Shown here: piece by piece, positions 32,105 through 40,432 of the stretch
Layout of the letters: every line of letters begins with the position of its first letter
Position numbering within the stretch: position 1 is the stretch's first letter
DNA from: Alphaproteobacteria bacterium
GTDB taxonomy: Bacteria > Pseudomonadota > Alphaproteobacteria > MPNO01
Assembly: GCA_964291675.2 (NCBI GenBank)
Contig: OZ219866.1
Location: 2,272,001 to 2,336,000 of the forward strand
Length of the DNA: 64,000 bases
Direction: 5' to 3'
Notes under the pieces: generated by a model
Databases searched by the model: none
Told to the model about the DNA's origin: nothing
Seen by the model: only the letters and a program-made list of their open reading frames with translations
Position numbers and translations under genes: made by a program

Positions 32105-32890
32105 TCAGTAGTGGCTGGGCCGTTCGCGCGCGCTGCCGAAGGTTTCCGGCTTGTCCGCGGGTGCGGGCAGGTTGCTTCGCGTACCGCTGGCCTCGGATAT
32201 CCGTTTCTCGAACGCCGCCGCGGGCTTGAAGAACATGTGCGAGAACTTGGACCACGGGACGGAGCCGAACAGCACGGTCGTCGCGATCAGGTAGAGGCCC
32301 AGGAACACCGTCGTCCACGAGCTTCCCGCCGCCTGCAGCCCGGCCCATACCAGCCCCAGCGTGGTGCTGGCGAGAAGCGACAGGACGAACAGATCCGCGC
32401 GCATGACCCGGAACGGCGTGTGGCCCTCGGCCGACACGTCGACCCGGATGAAGAACCAGAACCAGTAGCCGCCGACGCAGACCAGCAACGCGCCCGCGAC
32501 CCACAGCAAGGGCAGGATGGCGGGTGTCTGCGCGGCCGGCGTCGGGTACCAGAACACCATGACGAAGGTCGCGATCGCGTAGGCCAGGAAACCGTACATC
32601 GTCAGCAGATGGGCGACCCGGCGGCGTCCGGAGCCGAATTCGGACGACGTGAGCCCCTCCGACAGGGCGGTCTGGATCGCCAGCCCGGCCATCTGCCCGC
32701 CGCCGACGCGCCGCGCCCCCCTGTCCCTCGACTTGCGCCAGCTCGCGAAGAAATAGGCGGCGCTCCTCTTGTGCCAGATGTCGAACAGGGTGCCGCCCAC
32801 CACCAGCAGGATCATCACCGCGACATAGGTCTGCATGACCCCGGGCGATACGGTCGAAGACAGCGTGGCGAAGGGATTGCTGGTGAACAC
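32105..32890 (-). CDS. aprM: APS reductase membrane anchor
   Basis: About five TM helices, HKRSAAYF, HLLTMYG and PWSKFSHMFFKP; immediately upstream of aprB. Confidence 0.9.
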   Translation of the reverse strand: MFTSNPFATLSSTVSPGVMQTYVAVMILLVVGGTLFDIWHKRSAAYFFASWRKSRDRGARRVGGGQMAGLAIQTALSEGLTSSEFGSGRRRVAHLLTMYGFLAYAIATFVMVFWYPTPAAQTPAILPLLWVAGALLVCVGGYWFWFFIRVDVSAEGHTPFRVMRADLFVLSLLASTTLGLVWAGLQAAGSSWTTVFLGLYLIATTVLFGSVPWSKFSHMFFKPAAAFEKRISEASGTRSNLPAPADKPETFGSARERPSHY

Positions 32891-32987
32891 GCGATTCCCC
32901 CGTTGTCAGCCTGTTCCATTCAAAGCCCGACGCGACACTATCGACCCGCCCGCGGGAAGGAAACCACCTTTTCGGCGGCTTCGAACG

Positions 32988-33809
32988 TCACGCCCCGGCC
33001 GGCGCCGGGCGGCGGCGGAAGGGGAACGGCCCCGGGTGCGCGACCAGGGGCAGGGTATGGGTGACCATGCCGATTCCGGGGCTCCAGACGTGCAGGAAGC
33101 CCGCGGGCGGCTCCAGCACGAGGTGGAGGTCGGCGTCGGGGCGCAGGTCGAGCGGCATGTGGAAGGCGGTCGACGGCGCGACGCAGGCGAGCGTGCCGGC
33201 GAAGCGGCGCTGGATGGGCCGGTGCAGGTGCCCGCACAGCACCCGCTCCACGTTCCCATGCGCCCCGACGATTTCGGCGAACGCCTCGGCGCCCGCAAAA
33301 TCCTGGCCGTCCATGAAGGGGACGCCGGTCTTGAAGGGCGGGTGGTGCATCAGGATCGCGGTCGGGCGCCCCGGGGCCTCGGCCAGCCGGTCCGCCAGCC
33401 ATGCCAGGCGTTCGGCGCACATCTCGCCCGTCTTGGCGCCCGGCTTCAGCGTGTCCAGGGCGATGAGGCGCACCGGCAAATCCTCGACCGCGTAGTGCAG
33501 GAACGCCCCCTCCTCGGGCAGATAGCCGGCATCGGCGAAGGCCGCGCGAAAGCCTGCCCGGTCGTCCCGGTTGCCGGGGATCGGGTAGACCGGCACGGGC
33601 AGCGGGTCCAGCAGGCGCCGGAGCTGGGCATAGGATTCGGCGTCGGGGACGTCGACCAGATCGCCCGTAATCAGCACCGCGTCGGCCGGCGGGTCGAGCG
33701 CGGCCAGGCGCTCGACGGCGCCCGACAGGCTGCCCGCCGTGTCCGCCACGCCGTGCGCCAGATCGCCCTCGGGCCGGAGATGTATGTCGGAGATATGGGC
33801 GAGGATCAT
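32988..33809 (-). CDS. Calcineurin-like metallophosphoesterase (CpdA/GpdQ-like phosphodiesterase)
   Basis: SDIH, TGDL, PGNRD, MHHPP and CGHLH motifs (the usual GNHD is GNRD here). Confidence 0.88.
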   Translation of the reverse strand: MILAHISDIHLRPEGDLAHGVADTAGSLSGAVERLAALDPPADAVLITGDLVDVPDAESYAQLRRLLDPLPVPVYPIPGNRDDRAGFRAAFADAGYLPEEGAFLHYAVEDLPVRLIALDTLKPGAKTGEMCAERLAWLADRLAEAPGRPTAILMHHPPFKTGVPFMDGQDFAGAEAFAEIVGAHGNVERVLCGHLHRPIQRRFAGTLACVAPSTAFHMPLDLRPDADLHLVLEPPAGFLHVWSPGIGMVTHTLPLVAHPGPFPFRRRPAPAGA

Positions 33810-33918
33810 GCAGCCCGGAAGCTATCACGGCGCCGGGCCGCGGTTGCGGAAATTTCAGGACGACGGCACCGGCGTTCGGGCACGACGGATGAAGCGACAC
33901 GGCGTCTCAAGGCAAAGC

Positions 33919-34353
33919 CTACCCTCCGCTACCCCGCATCGGATTGAACGTCTCGACCCCCGCGAAATCCCGTTCGTTGTCCGTGACCACGATGCAGGCG
34001 TTCGCCTCCGCGGTTGCCGCGACGATCGTGTCGAGCGCGCTGCGCGGGCGTCCGGCCGCCCTTCCCTCCGCCATCAGCCGGGCCCAGGCGTGGGCGGCCT
34101 TCTCGTCGAAGGGGAGCACTCGCCCGGCGAACAATGCGGTCGGGCCCTCCGGGCCGGAGAACCAGGCTTCGAGGTCGTCCCGCTTCCGCCCGGCCGGCTT
34201 TTCCAGTATCCCGCGCCGGATCTCCGCCACGGTGAGCGCGGAGACGAACAGGTCCTCGTCGACCCGTTCGGCCATCCAGGCCAGTAGCGTGTCCGACGGT
34301 ACCGGCTTCGTCGCGTCGCTGATGATGTTGGTGTCGAGCAGATACCGGTTCAC
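33919..34353 (-). CDS. vapC: PIN-domain toxin (VapC-like)
   Basis: YLLDTNIIS, AEI, LD.IVAATA and VTDNERDF acidic PIN motifs. Confidence 0.92.
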   Translation of the reverse strand: MNRYLLDTNIISDATKPVPSDTLLAWMAERVDEDLFVSALTVAEIRRGILEKPAGRKRDDLEAWFSGPEGPTALFAGRVLPFDEKAAHAWARLMAEGRAAGRPRSALDTIVAATAEANACIVVTDNERDFAGVETFNPMRGSGG

Positions 34354-34652
34354 AGATCCACCTTACGGCCGGGCTCGAACGGGCGGGGAGGAACGATGTC
34401 CTCGCCCACCAGCGGCGAGCGGCGCAGGGCTTCGAGAATTCCGCCCTTTCGCGGCCCTCCGTCGGCAACGCATTGGCTGACGACGGTCCGCAGGCGGTCG
34501 GCCTCGGGTCCCTCCTCGGCCAATCCCCGGGCCACGGCGCGGATGAGCGCGCGATCCGCCTCGCGCCCCAGGACCTCGAAACGCGCCATGCCCCGTTCGG
34601 CCAGACGGCGCCGATATCTTTCGGTGGCGCGCCGTTGGGATGTCTCGTTCAT
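34350..34652 (-). CDS. Putative antitoxin
   Basis: 100-aa ORF overlapping the PIN gene start (GTGA); RRLAERGMARFEV...GGILEALRRSPLVG. Confidence 0.75.
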   Translation of the reverse strand: MNETSQRRATERYRRRLAERGMARFEVLGREADRALIRAVARGLAEEGPEADRLRTVVSQCVADGGPRKGGILEALRRSPLVGEDIVPPRPFEPGRKVDL

Positions 34653-34730
34653 CGCCGATCCTCGCCCTGTTACCGGACATATAACCAGTGATACGGGAAA
34701 GCGAAAGCCGGTCCCCCGGTGTCACCCCCA

Positions 34731-34775
34731 CGTCATGGCCGGCCCCCGGATCAAGTCCGGGGGCCAGGCATGACG
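34731..34775. repeat. Palindromic repeat element, short copy
   Basis: CGTCATGGCCGGCCCCCGGA-TCAAG-TCCGGGGGCCAGGCATGACG; related to the copies at 37440 and 60719. Confidence 0.75.
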
Positions 34776-34792
34776 AGGGGAGAACCGGGACG

Positions 34793-36181
34793 TCAGGATT
34801 TCCCGGCGTGCCGGGCGGCCGGCGCGCCGGGCGCGAGCCCGATCTCTTCCAGGATGCGCATCCCGGAGCGCATCAGCGCATCGCGCTTTTCCGCGAGCCC
34901 CGGGAAGACGAGGCGCCCGTCGCGCTTGACGAAGCGCCCGGCGACCAGGACCGTCTCGACATTGCCGGGGCCGGCCTGGCGGACCGCCGCGCCGATCGGG
35001 TCGTGCACCGGGAACAGGTTGGGGTCGGTCGCGCGCAGCAGCACGATGTCGGCCTGCTTGCCGGTCGCCAGCGTCCCGATCCGGTCGGGCATCCGGGTCA
35101 TCGCGGCGCCGTTGACGGTGACCCACTCCAGCGCCTCGCGGCAGGCGATGCTGGCGGTGTCGGGCAGGGGCTCGCCGCGCGCGAGCAGCGTCTTGTTGTC
35201 GATATTGCGCTGGACGTTGAGCGTGGTGCGCATGGCGGTGAACATGTCGCCTGCCGCCGCCGGCTCGACGTCGGCACCGATGGTGATCGACGCGCCGAGC
35301 TCGCGCAGCACGCCGGTCAGCGGATCGCCGAAGCCCATCTGCATCTCGACCTCGGCGGTCACGGTGAAGTTGGCGCCGGCCCCGACCAGCGCGCGGATCA
35401 GCTCCGGCGCGAAGTTGTTGGCATGGACGATGTTCGACCGCGCGTCGATCAGCCCGGCCTCGATCAGCGCCTCGAACGTGCCCGGCGAGAGCAGCTTCCC
35501 GCCGCCGGTATGCGCGCTGACGATCAGGTCGAGCTCGCGCGCCAGCGCATAGTCGGCAAGGCAGACTTCGTGGACGCCGTATTGCGGGCCGAGCACCGCG
35601 AGCCCCAGCGTGACCAGCCGGTCGTCGGAGGCGAAGCGGCCGGCGCGCAGGCGCTCGATCTCGGCGCGCGGCATGGGGACTTCGCTAAAATGTTTCCGGC
35701 CCGGCCCGGGGTCGGGCTTGGGCGAGCCGTGCAGGAAGACCGCCCTCGCGCCGGAGGCCTCGAGCCCGTCGATCGCCGCATCCGTGTGCTCCGGCGTCGG
35801 GTTGTTGTGGCACCAGTCGACCAGGGTGGTCACGCCGGCGTCGAGCTTTGCGAGCGCGCCCATGAGGTTGGCGATCCGGATGTCGTCCGGCCCGAAGCGG
35901 GTCGCCAGGCCGCGATGCATGGCGCGCATGTATTGCGGCACCGTCCAGTCCGTGGCGATCCCGCGCAGCCCGGTCTGCCAGGTGTGGACGTGGCTGTCGA
36001 TCAGCCCCGGCAGCACGATGCGCCCCGCCGCGTCGAGGAGCTCGGCATCGCTGACCTGCCCGACATCGCCGATGGCGGCGATGCGCCCGTTCTCGACCAG
36101 GATATCGGCCGACGCCGGCACCGCGCCGGGCTCCATGGTGACGACGATACCGCCCCTGATATGGAGTGGACGACAGTCCAT
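34793..36181 (-). CDS. Metal-dependent amidohydrolase (MTA/SAH or cytosine deaminase-like)
   Basis: LPGLIDSHVH, GVTT, AHT, VHAN, GAD and IGTL..GKQADIV motifs. Confidence 0.88.
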   Translation of the reverse strand: MDCRPLHIRGGIVVTMEPGAVPASADILVENGRIAAIGDVGQVSDAELLDAAGRIVLPGLIDSHVHTWQTGLRGIATDWTVPQYMRAMHRGLATRFGPDDIRIANLMGALAKLDAGVTTLVDWCHNNPTPEHTDAAIDGLEASGARAVFLHGSPKPDPGPGRKHFSEVPMPRAEIERLRAGRFASDDRLVTLGLAVLGPQYGVHEVCLADYALARELDLIVSAHTGGGKLLSPGTFEALIEAGLIDARSNIVHANNFAPELIRALVGAGANFTVTAEVEMQMGFGDPLTGVLRELGASITIGADVEPAAAGDMFTAMRTTLNVQRNIDNKTLLARGEPLPDTASIACREALEWVTVNGAAMTRMPDRIGTLATGKQADIVLLRATDPNLFPVHDPIGAAVRQAGPGNVETVLVAGRFVKRDGRLVFPGLAEKRDALMRSGMRILEEIGLAPGAPAARHAGKS

Positions 36182-36200
36182 GCGGCGTCCTCCCCTGCCG

Positions 36201-37402
36201 TCAGTCACGCGCGCCGCCGGCGCCGGGCCGGTAGCAGATCGCGTCCATCGCGAGCTTCATGCCGTGCACCGCGAGGCAATTGGCGCCGAACAGCGTGCTT
36301 GCCGGCCTGTGGCGCCCGAAATACCGCTCGCGGACCGCGTTCAGCTCCTGGCGTTCGTCGCAATCGTCCAGATACGCGGTGACCTTGGCGACATCCTCGA
36401 AGCCGAATCCGGCCTCTTCCATGACTCGCTGCAAATTGTCGTGCATCTGCGCGGCCTGGGTGGTCATCGTGTCGCCCGCCAACGCGAAGCCGGCGTCGAA
36501 CGGGCCCTGGCCGGAGACGAACAGAAAATCGCCGGCCTGCACCGCATCGGTGTAGTGGCTGATCGGCTCGTGCATGCCGGGGACGCGAAGCTCCTTGCGC
36601 GGCCGGGCGCCGCCGCCCGGCTTGTAGGCGATCGCCTCGATCTCGTGGTTCATCCCCGGAATCGCCAGGCGCCGGACCCCGAACAGGGTGCTGCACGGCC
36701 GGCTGTCGCCGAAGAACCGCTTGCGCGCGACGTCGATCTTGGGCCGGTCCCGCACGTTCTCCAGATAGCACACCACCTTGCAGACATCGCCGAAACCCAT
36801 GCCGGCGGCGTCGAGCATGACCTCCATGTTCTCCAGCGTCTTGAACGCCTGTTTCCCGGGTCGCCGAAATGCACCGCGCGGCCGTCGCTCGCTATCGGCC
36901 CGGTGCCGGAGATGAAGGCGTAGTCGCCGCATTGCACCACGTCGACGTAGTGGCTGGGCGGTTCGAACAGATCCTCGCAGCGGATCTCCCGTTTCGGCGG
37001 CCCGCCGTTGCGCGGCTTGTAGGCAACGCACTCGATCTCCAGCAGCATGCCCGGCAGCGCGAAATGTCCGACGCCCACCCTTGTGCTGCCGGGGTGGGAC
37101 TCGCCGTGAAAGTCGATGCGGACCGGGTTGATCTTCGGCCCGTCATACACCTCTTCCATCAGCACCTTGAAGTAGACCACGTCGCTCGGCGACATGTCGG
37201 CGGCCGACAGCACGCGGTCGATATTGGCGCAGGTCGCCTCGCATTGCCGGACCACGTCGTCCTCGCCGATCAGGCCCCCGTCCTTGTCGAACGGACCCGC
37301 GCCCGAGACGTAGAGGAAGTCGCCGCACAGCACCGCGTCGGTGTAGTGGCTGATCGGCTCCATCGTGTCGTCGAGGCGAATCTCCCGTCGCGGTGCCGCC
37401 AT
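36201..37402 (-). pseudogene. Three-domain RidA/YjgF family protein split by a one-base frameshift near 36855
   Basis: Three repeats of EP.SHY.D.V..GD...VSG.GP ...P.ST..GV...A.PG...EI; the second repeat changes frame at GDPG/KQAFK. Could be a pseudogene, an assembly error or recoding. Confidence 0.75.
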
Positions 37403-37439
37403 GGCGTCCTCCCCTGAGCGTTGTCCTGTCAGTTCACCA

Positions 37440-37627
37440 TCATGCCCGGACCTGTTGCACTGCTGTCCGGCTCGGAATTGCGACGCGGGCTCCGCGCCCG
37501 GTTCTCCCCGCCCCGTCCATGGATGCCCCGGATCGAGTCCGGGCATGACGAGGGATGTGTTGGCGCTCCCCCCATTTCGACATGGCCGGCCCCCGGATCG
37601 AGTCCGGGGATGATCCGGCCATCCATG
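37440..37627. repeat. Palindromic repeat elements (one full copy plus one partial copy)
   Basis: TCATGCCCGGAC...GGATGCCCCGGATCGAGTCCGGGCATGACG, followed by CATGGCCGGCCCCCGGATCGAGTCCGGGGATGATCCGGCCATCCA. Confidence 0.75.
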
Positions 37628-37657
37628 CGGCCTCCGTCGGCGAGGCAGCGGGGCGGG

Positions 37658-38125
37658 CTAAGCGTTCGCCGGCTCGAGATCGGAGGCCATGACTTCGGGC
37701 GTGAGCCCCACGGCCTCCGCGGCGTCGAAATTGAGCTCGATCTTGATTCCGTTCGGGTCGAACAGGAAGAGCTGGTACAGCCCCTGGGCCGCCACCTGGC
37801 GCTGCGAATACTCGACCCCCAATTCGGCCAGGCGGGACATCGTCTGGCGCAGCCCGGTCGCCCGGAAGGCGATATGGTCGACCACCCCGGTGCCGGTGGT
37901 GGCGTCGGATTGCTGACCGAGATAGGCCATCCGGTTCGCCGACACGTCCTTGCCGCCCTCGGTCACGTGCACCACGTCGCGATCGCCGATATAGAGCCAG
38001 ACGACGGGAAACTTGAAATCCGGGGTGGGCCCGGCCACCATGCCGAGCACGTCGCAATACCACTCCCGGGTCCGTTCGATATCCTCGGTCTGTACGAGGA
38101 AATGCTCCAGATGCGACAGCGGCAT
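37658..38125 (-). CDS. VOC / glyoxalase family protein
   Basis: LEHFLV, WY.DVLG, VDHIAF and QLFLFDPNGIKIEL motifs. Confidence 0.88.
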   Translation of the reverse strand: MPLSHLEHFLVQTEDIERTREWYCDVLGMVAGPTPDFKFPVVWLYIGDRDVVHVTEGGKDVSANRMAYLGQQSDATTGTGVVDHIAFRATGLRQTMSRLAELGVEYSQRQVAAQGLYQLFLFDPNGIKIELNFDAAEAVGLTPEVMASDLEPANA

Positions 38126-38214
38126 GCCGCTCCTCCCGCCGGTTGCTGCGCCGCACAGCATATTCGGGGCCGGCCCCGAAGGCGAGCCGGACCGTAAGAT
38201 GACGGAGACCTGAC

Positions 38215-38520
38215 ATGCCAGCCTATTGGGTAGCGCGCTCGAAGATCCACGACCCGGTGCAATACAAGAAGTACACCGACCTGGTCCCGGCGATCCTGGA
38301 GAAATACGGCGGCAAGGTGCTGGCGCGCGGCGGGGATTACCGGATCATGGAGGGGCCGGAGCATTTCGAGCGCTTCGTGGTGGTCGAGTTCCCGTCCTTC
38401 GACCGGGCCGTCGCCTGCCACCGGTCGCCCGAGTACCAGGCGGCGGCGGGCCATCGCCGCGCCGGCGCGGGCGAGGTGGAGCAGGTCATCGTCGAGGGCG
38501 GCGAGGCGACGCCGATCTGA
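38215..38520 (+). CDS. DUF1330 family protein
   Basis: MPAYWV, KYGGKVLARGG, VVVEFPS and SPEYQ motifs. Confidence 0.88.
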   Translation: MPAYWVARSKIHDPVQYKKYTDLVPAILEKYGGKVLARGGDYRIMEGPEHFERFVVVEFPSFDRAVACHRSPEYQAAAGHRRAGAGEVEQVIVEGGEATPI

Positions 38521-38528
38521 CGCGGGGA

Positions 38529-39323
38529 TCAAGCCCCGAAGCGGACCTCCACCCGGCCCAGTGGGCCGAAATCGGCGGCGACCGCATCGCCCGGCCGGCA
38601 GCGGACGATATCGGTCGTGCTGCCGGTGGTGACCACGTGGCCCGTCTCCAGCGCCGCGCCCCGCGCGCTCAGATGGTTGGCGAGCCAGACCAGCACGTTC
38701 CACGGGTCGCCGAGCACGTTGCGGCCCGCGCCCTCGGTTACCGTCTTCCCGTTGACGCTGACCGCGACGCGCTGGGCGGCGAGGTCGCGGGCGAGCCCGC
38801 CCGGCGCCGCCGGCCCGAGGCAGAGCAGACCGGCGATCGCGTTGTCGGCGATCAGGTCGGCCGCCGTCATCGACAGCCAGTCGGCGTAGCGCGAATCCGG
38901 CACCTCGATCGCCGGATGGACGCTGGCGACCGCTCGCCGCACCTCGTCATGCGTATAGGGCGCGGCGCGGGGGACGAGCGGGCGGCCGAGGACGAAGTCG
39001 AACTCGGGCTCGATGGCGAAGAAATTGACCCGGCCCGGCGGCACGTTTAGCGGGCTTGCGCCCACGAAGTCGGCGAAGACGCGGCCCGAGAACGGAGCGT
39101 CGACGCCGAAGCGCGCCTGCACGTCCGCGTTGGTCGCACCGATCTTGTAGCCGGCGACGGCGAGCCCCGCATGCGCCGCGAGCCCGTCCTGCGCCGCGTA
39201 GCCCTCGTCGATCGTGCGTGGCCGGCAATCGGGCGGCAGCGCCTCGATCTGCCTGCCGTCCCGCCAGGCCTCCCACAGCAGGGCGCCGCCGCGCGCGAGA
39301 GCGTCTGTTCTCCGAGCGCTCAG
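38529..39323 (-). CDS. 2-keto-4-pentenoate hydratase-like (FAH superfamily)
   Basis: GYKIGAT, IEPEF, PAIEVPDSR, ADN, LGDP..L.WLAN and VTTGS motifs; no ATG/GTG/TTG at the expected N-terminus, so CTG 39323 is proposed. Confidence 0.8.
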   Translation of the reverse strand: MSARRTDALARGGALLWEAWRDGRQIEALPPDCRPRTIDEGYAAQDGLAAHAGLAVAGYKIGATNADVQARFGVDAPFSGRVFADFVGASPLNVPPGRVNFFAIEPEFDFVLGRPLVPRAAPYTHDEVRRAVASVHPAIEVPDSRYADWLSMTAADLIADNAIAGLLCLGPAAPGGLARDLAAQRVAVSVNGKTVTEGAGRNVLGDPWNVLVWLANHLSARGAALETGHVVTTGSTTDIVRCRPGDAVAADFGPLGRVEVRFGA

Positions 39324-40309
39324 TTGGCGCCCTCGGGAAGCGGGCCGGACATCCCGTCTCGCCTGAAGGCGCCGCTCAGGCCCAGAAACGACCCGACGAA
39401 CTGGCCTTCGCTGCCGTCGCTCTCCTCGAAGTCCACGGAGTTGAAGCCCGCGACCAGCCGGGGGTTTCCGTCGGTATCCCGGCGGCTGGACAGAATGCCG
39501 CCCCAGAACCCATCGGACAGCACGACAGTTCGCTCCGGGTGTCTCACGGTCGCCCTGTAGCGCTCGAAATTGCCGTCCTCCTCCACTATCGCGGTGGCCA
39601 TATGAATCTCGTAGTCCCTGGCCAACCCCTGCGCGTCGATCAGCTCCTCGCCGAGGACGACGCCGAAATGCGCGCGCCGCGTGGTCAGATCGCCGACGCA
39701 CCCGATGCAGCCCTTCAGGCTGCGATCCGCGAAATCCGCGGCCAGAGTCAGGACCCCCTCGTACTCCTCGATCACGAATTCGCCCTCGTTTTCTCCCGCG
39801 TCGCGCCCGAACACGTATGTATAGAGCCCCCCGGCCTGACCCACATACTCGGCCGCGCCGTCGACCGGCAACTCCGGCGGGAAACCGTGGTCGAGCTCGG
39901 GTCCGTCGACGATCGAGTACTGGTCCGCCTCCGCTAACGACAGCCTCGGCGGATGCTGGTCGTAAAACTGCGCCCACCAGCCGAACGCGAGGTAGTCCGA
40001 CGGGTTGTCGGGATCCCAGCTCAGCAGCGCGTGGGAGAGCGACGTGTCGGCCCCTTCCACCTTGAGGAAGGTGAAGGCCTGTGCGCTGTGGCCGGGCAGG
40101 GGCGTCCGCCCGGGGAGCACCTCGATGACGTCTTCCGACGTGCTGACCGAGGCCTCGGTTCCGTCCTCGAGCGTCAGGAAGAAGCGCAGCTCGCTGCCGT
40201 CGAACTCCGTGTTCCGTTCGAGCTGAATCCGGTCTTCTTCCGGCGGCAGCACGCGGCTGCAGGCGGCCAGCGCCAGCGCGGCGAGGAGCAGAAAGGGTAT
40301 CGGCTTCAT
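39320..40309 (-). CDS. Acidic lipoprotein of unknown function, possibly TbpB-like beta-barrel type
   Basis: MKPIPFLLLAALALAAC lipobox; LPVDGAAEYVGQAGG, LAADFADRSLKG and terminal GSFLG resemble surface-lipoprotein barrel strands. Confidence 0.6.
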   Translation of the reverse strand: MKPIPFLLLAALALAACSRVLPPEEDRIQLERNTEFDGSELRFFLTLEDGTEASVSTSEDVIEVLPGRTPLPGHSAQAFTFLKVEGADTSLSHALLSWDPDNPSDYLAFGWWAQFYDQHPPRLSLAEADQYSIVDGPELDHGFPPELPVDGAAEYVGQAGGLYTYVFGRDAGENEGEFVIEEYEGVLTLAADFADRSLKGCIGCVGDLTTRRAHFGVVLGEELIDAQGLARDYEIHMATAIVEEDGNFERYRATVRHPERTVVLSDGFWGGILSSRRDTDGNPRLVAGFNSVDFEESDGSEGQFVGSFLGLSGAFRRDGMSGPLPEGAN

Positions 40310-40432
40310 ATTGGGCCCCAGGGTCCGAGACAAATAATTTCTGTCTGGGGCAGAACTCTACCGCCGTTTCCCCGATGCGGCGAGTACGGCAAGATGTGCC
40401 GAGAGCGTTTTGAGGCGAACGGGAGACTGGCG

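Noticed and set aside
28477-32890. sat and aprAB as evidence of dissimilatory sulfate reduction
   Set aside because: The partner is AprM rather than QmoABC, no dsr genes are in the window, and the context includes oxygenase chemistry and sulfite-releasing Xsc. The oxidative direction fits better
37440-37627. CRISPR array or IS ends
   Set aside because: No regularly spaced direct repeats with unique spacers, and no cas or transposase gene. These are dispersed palindromes
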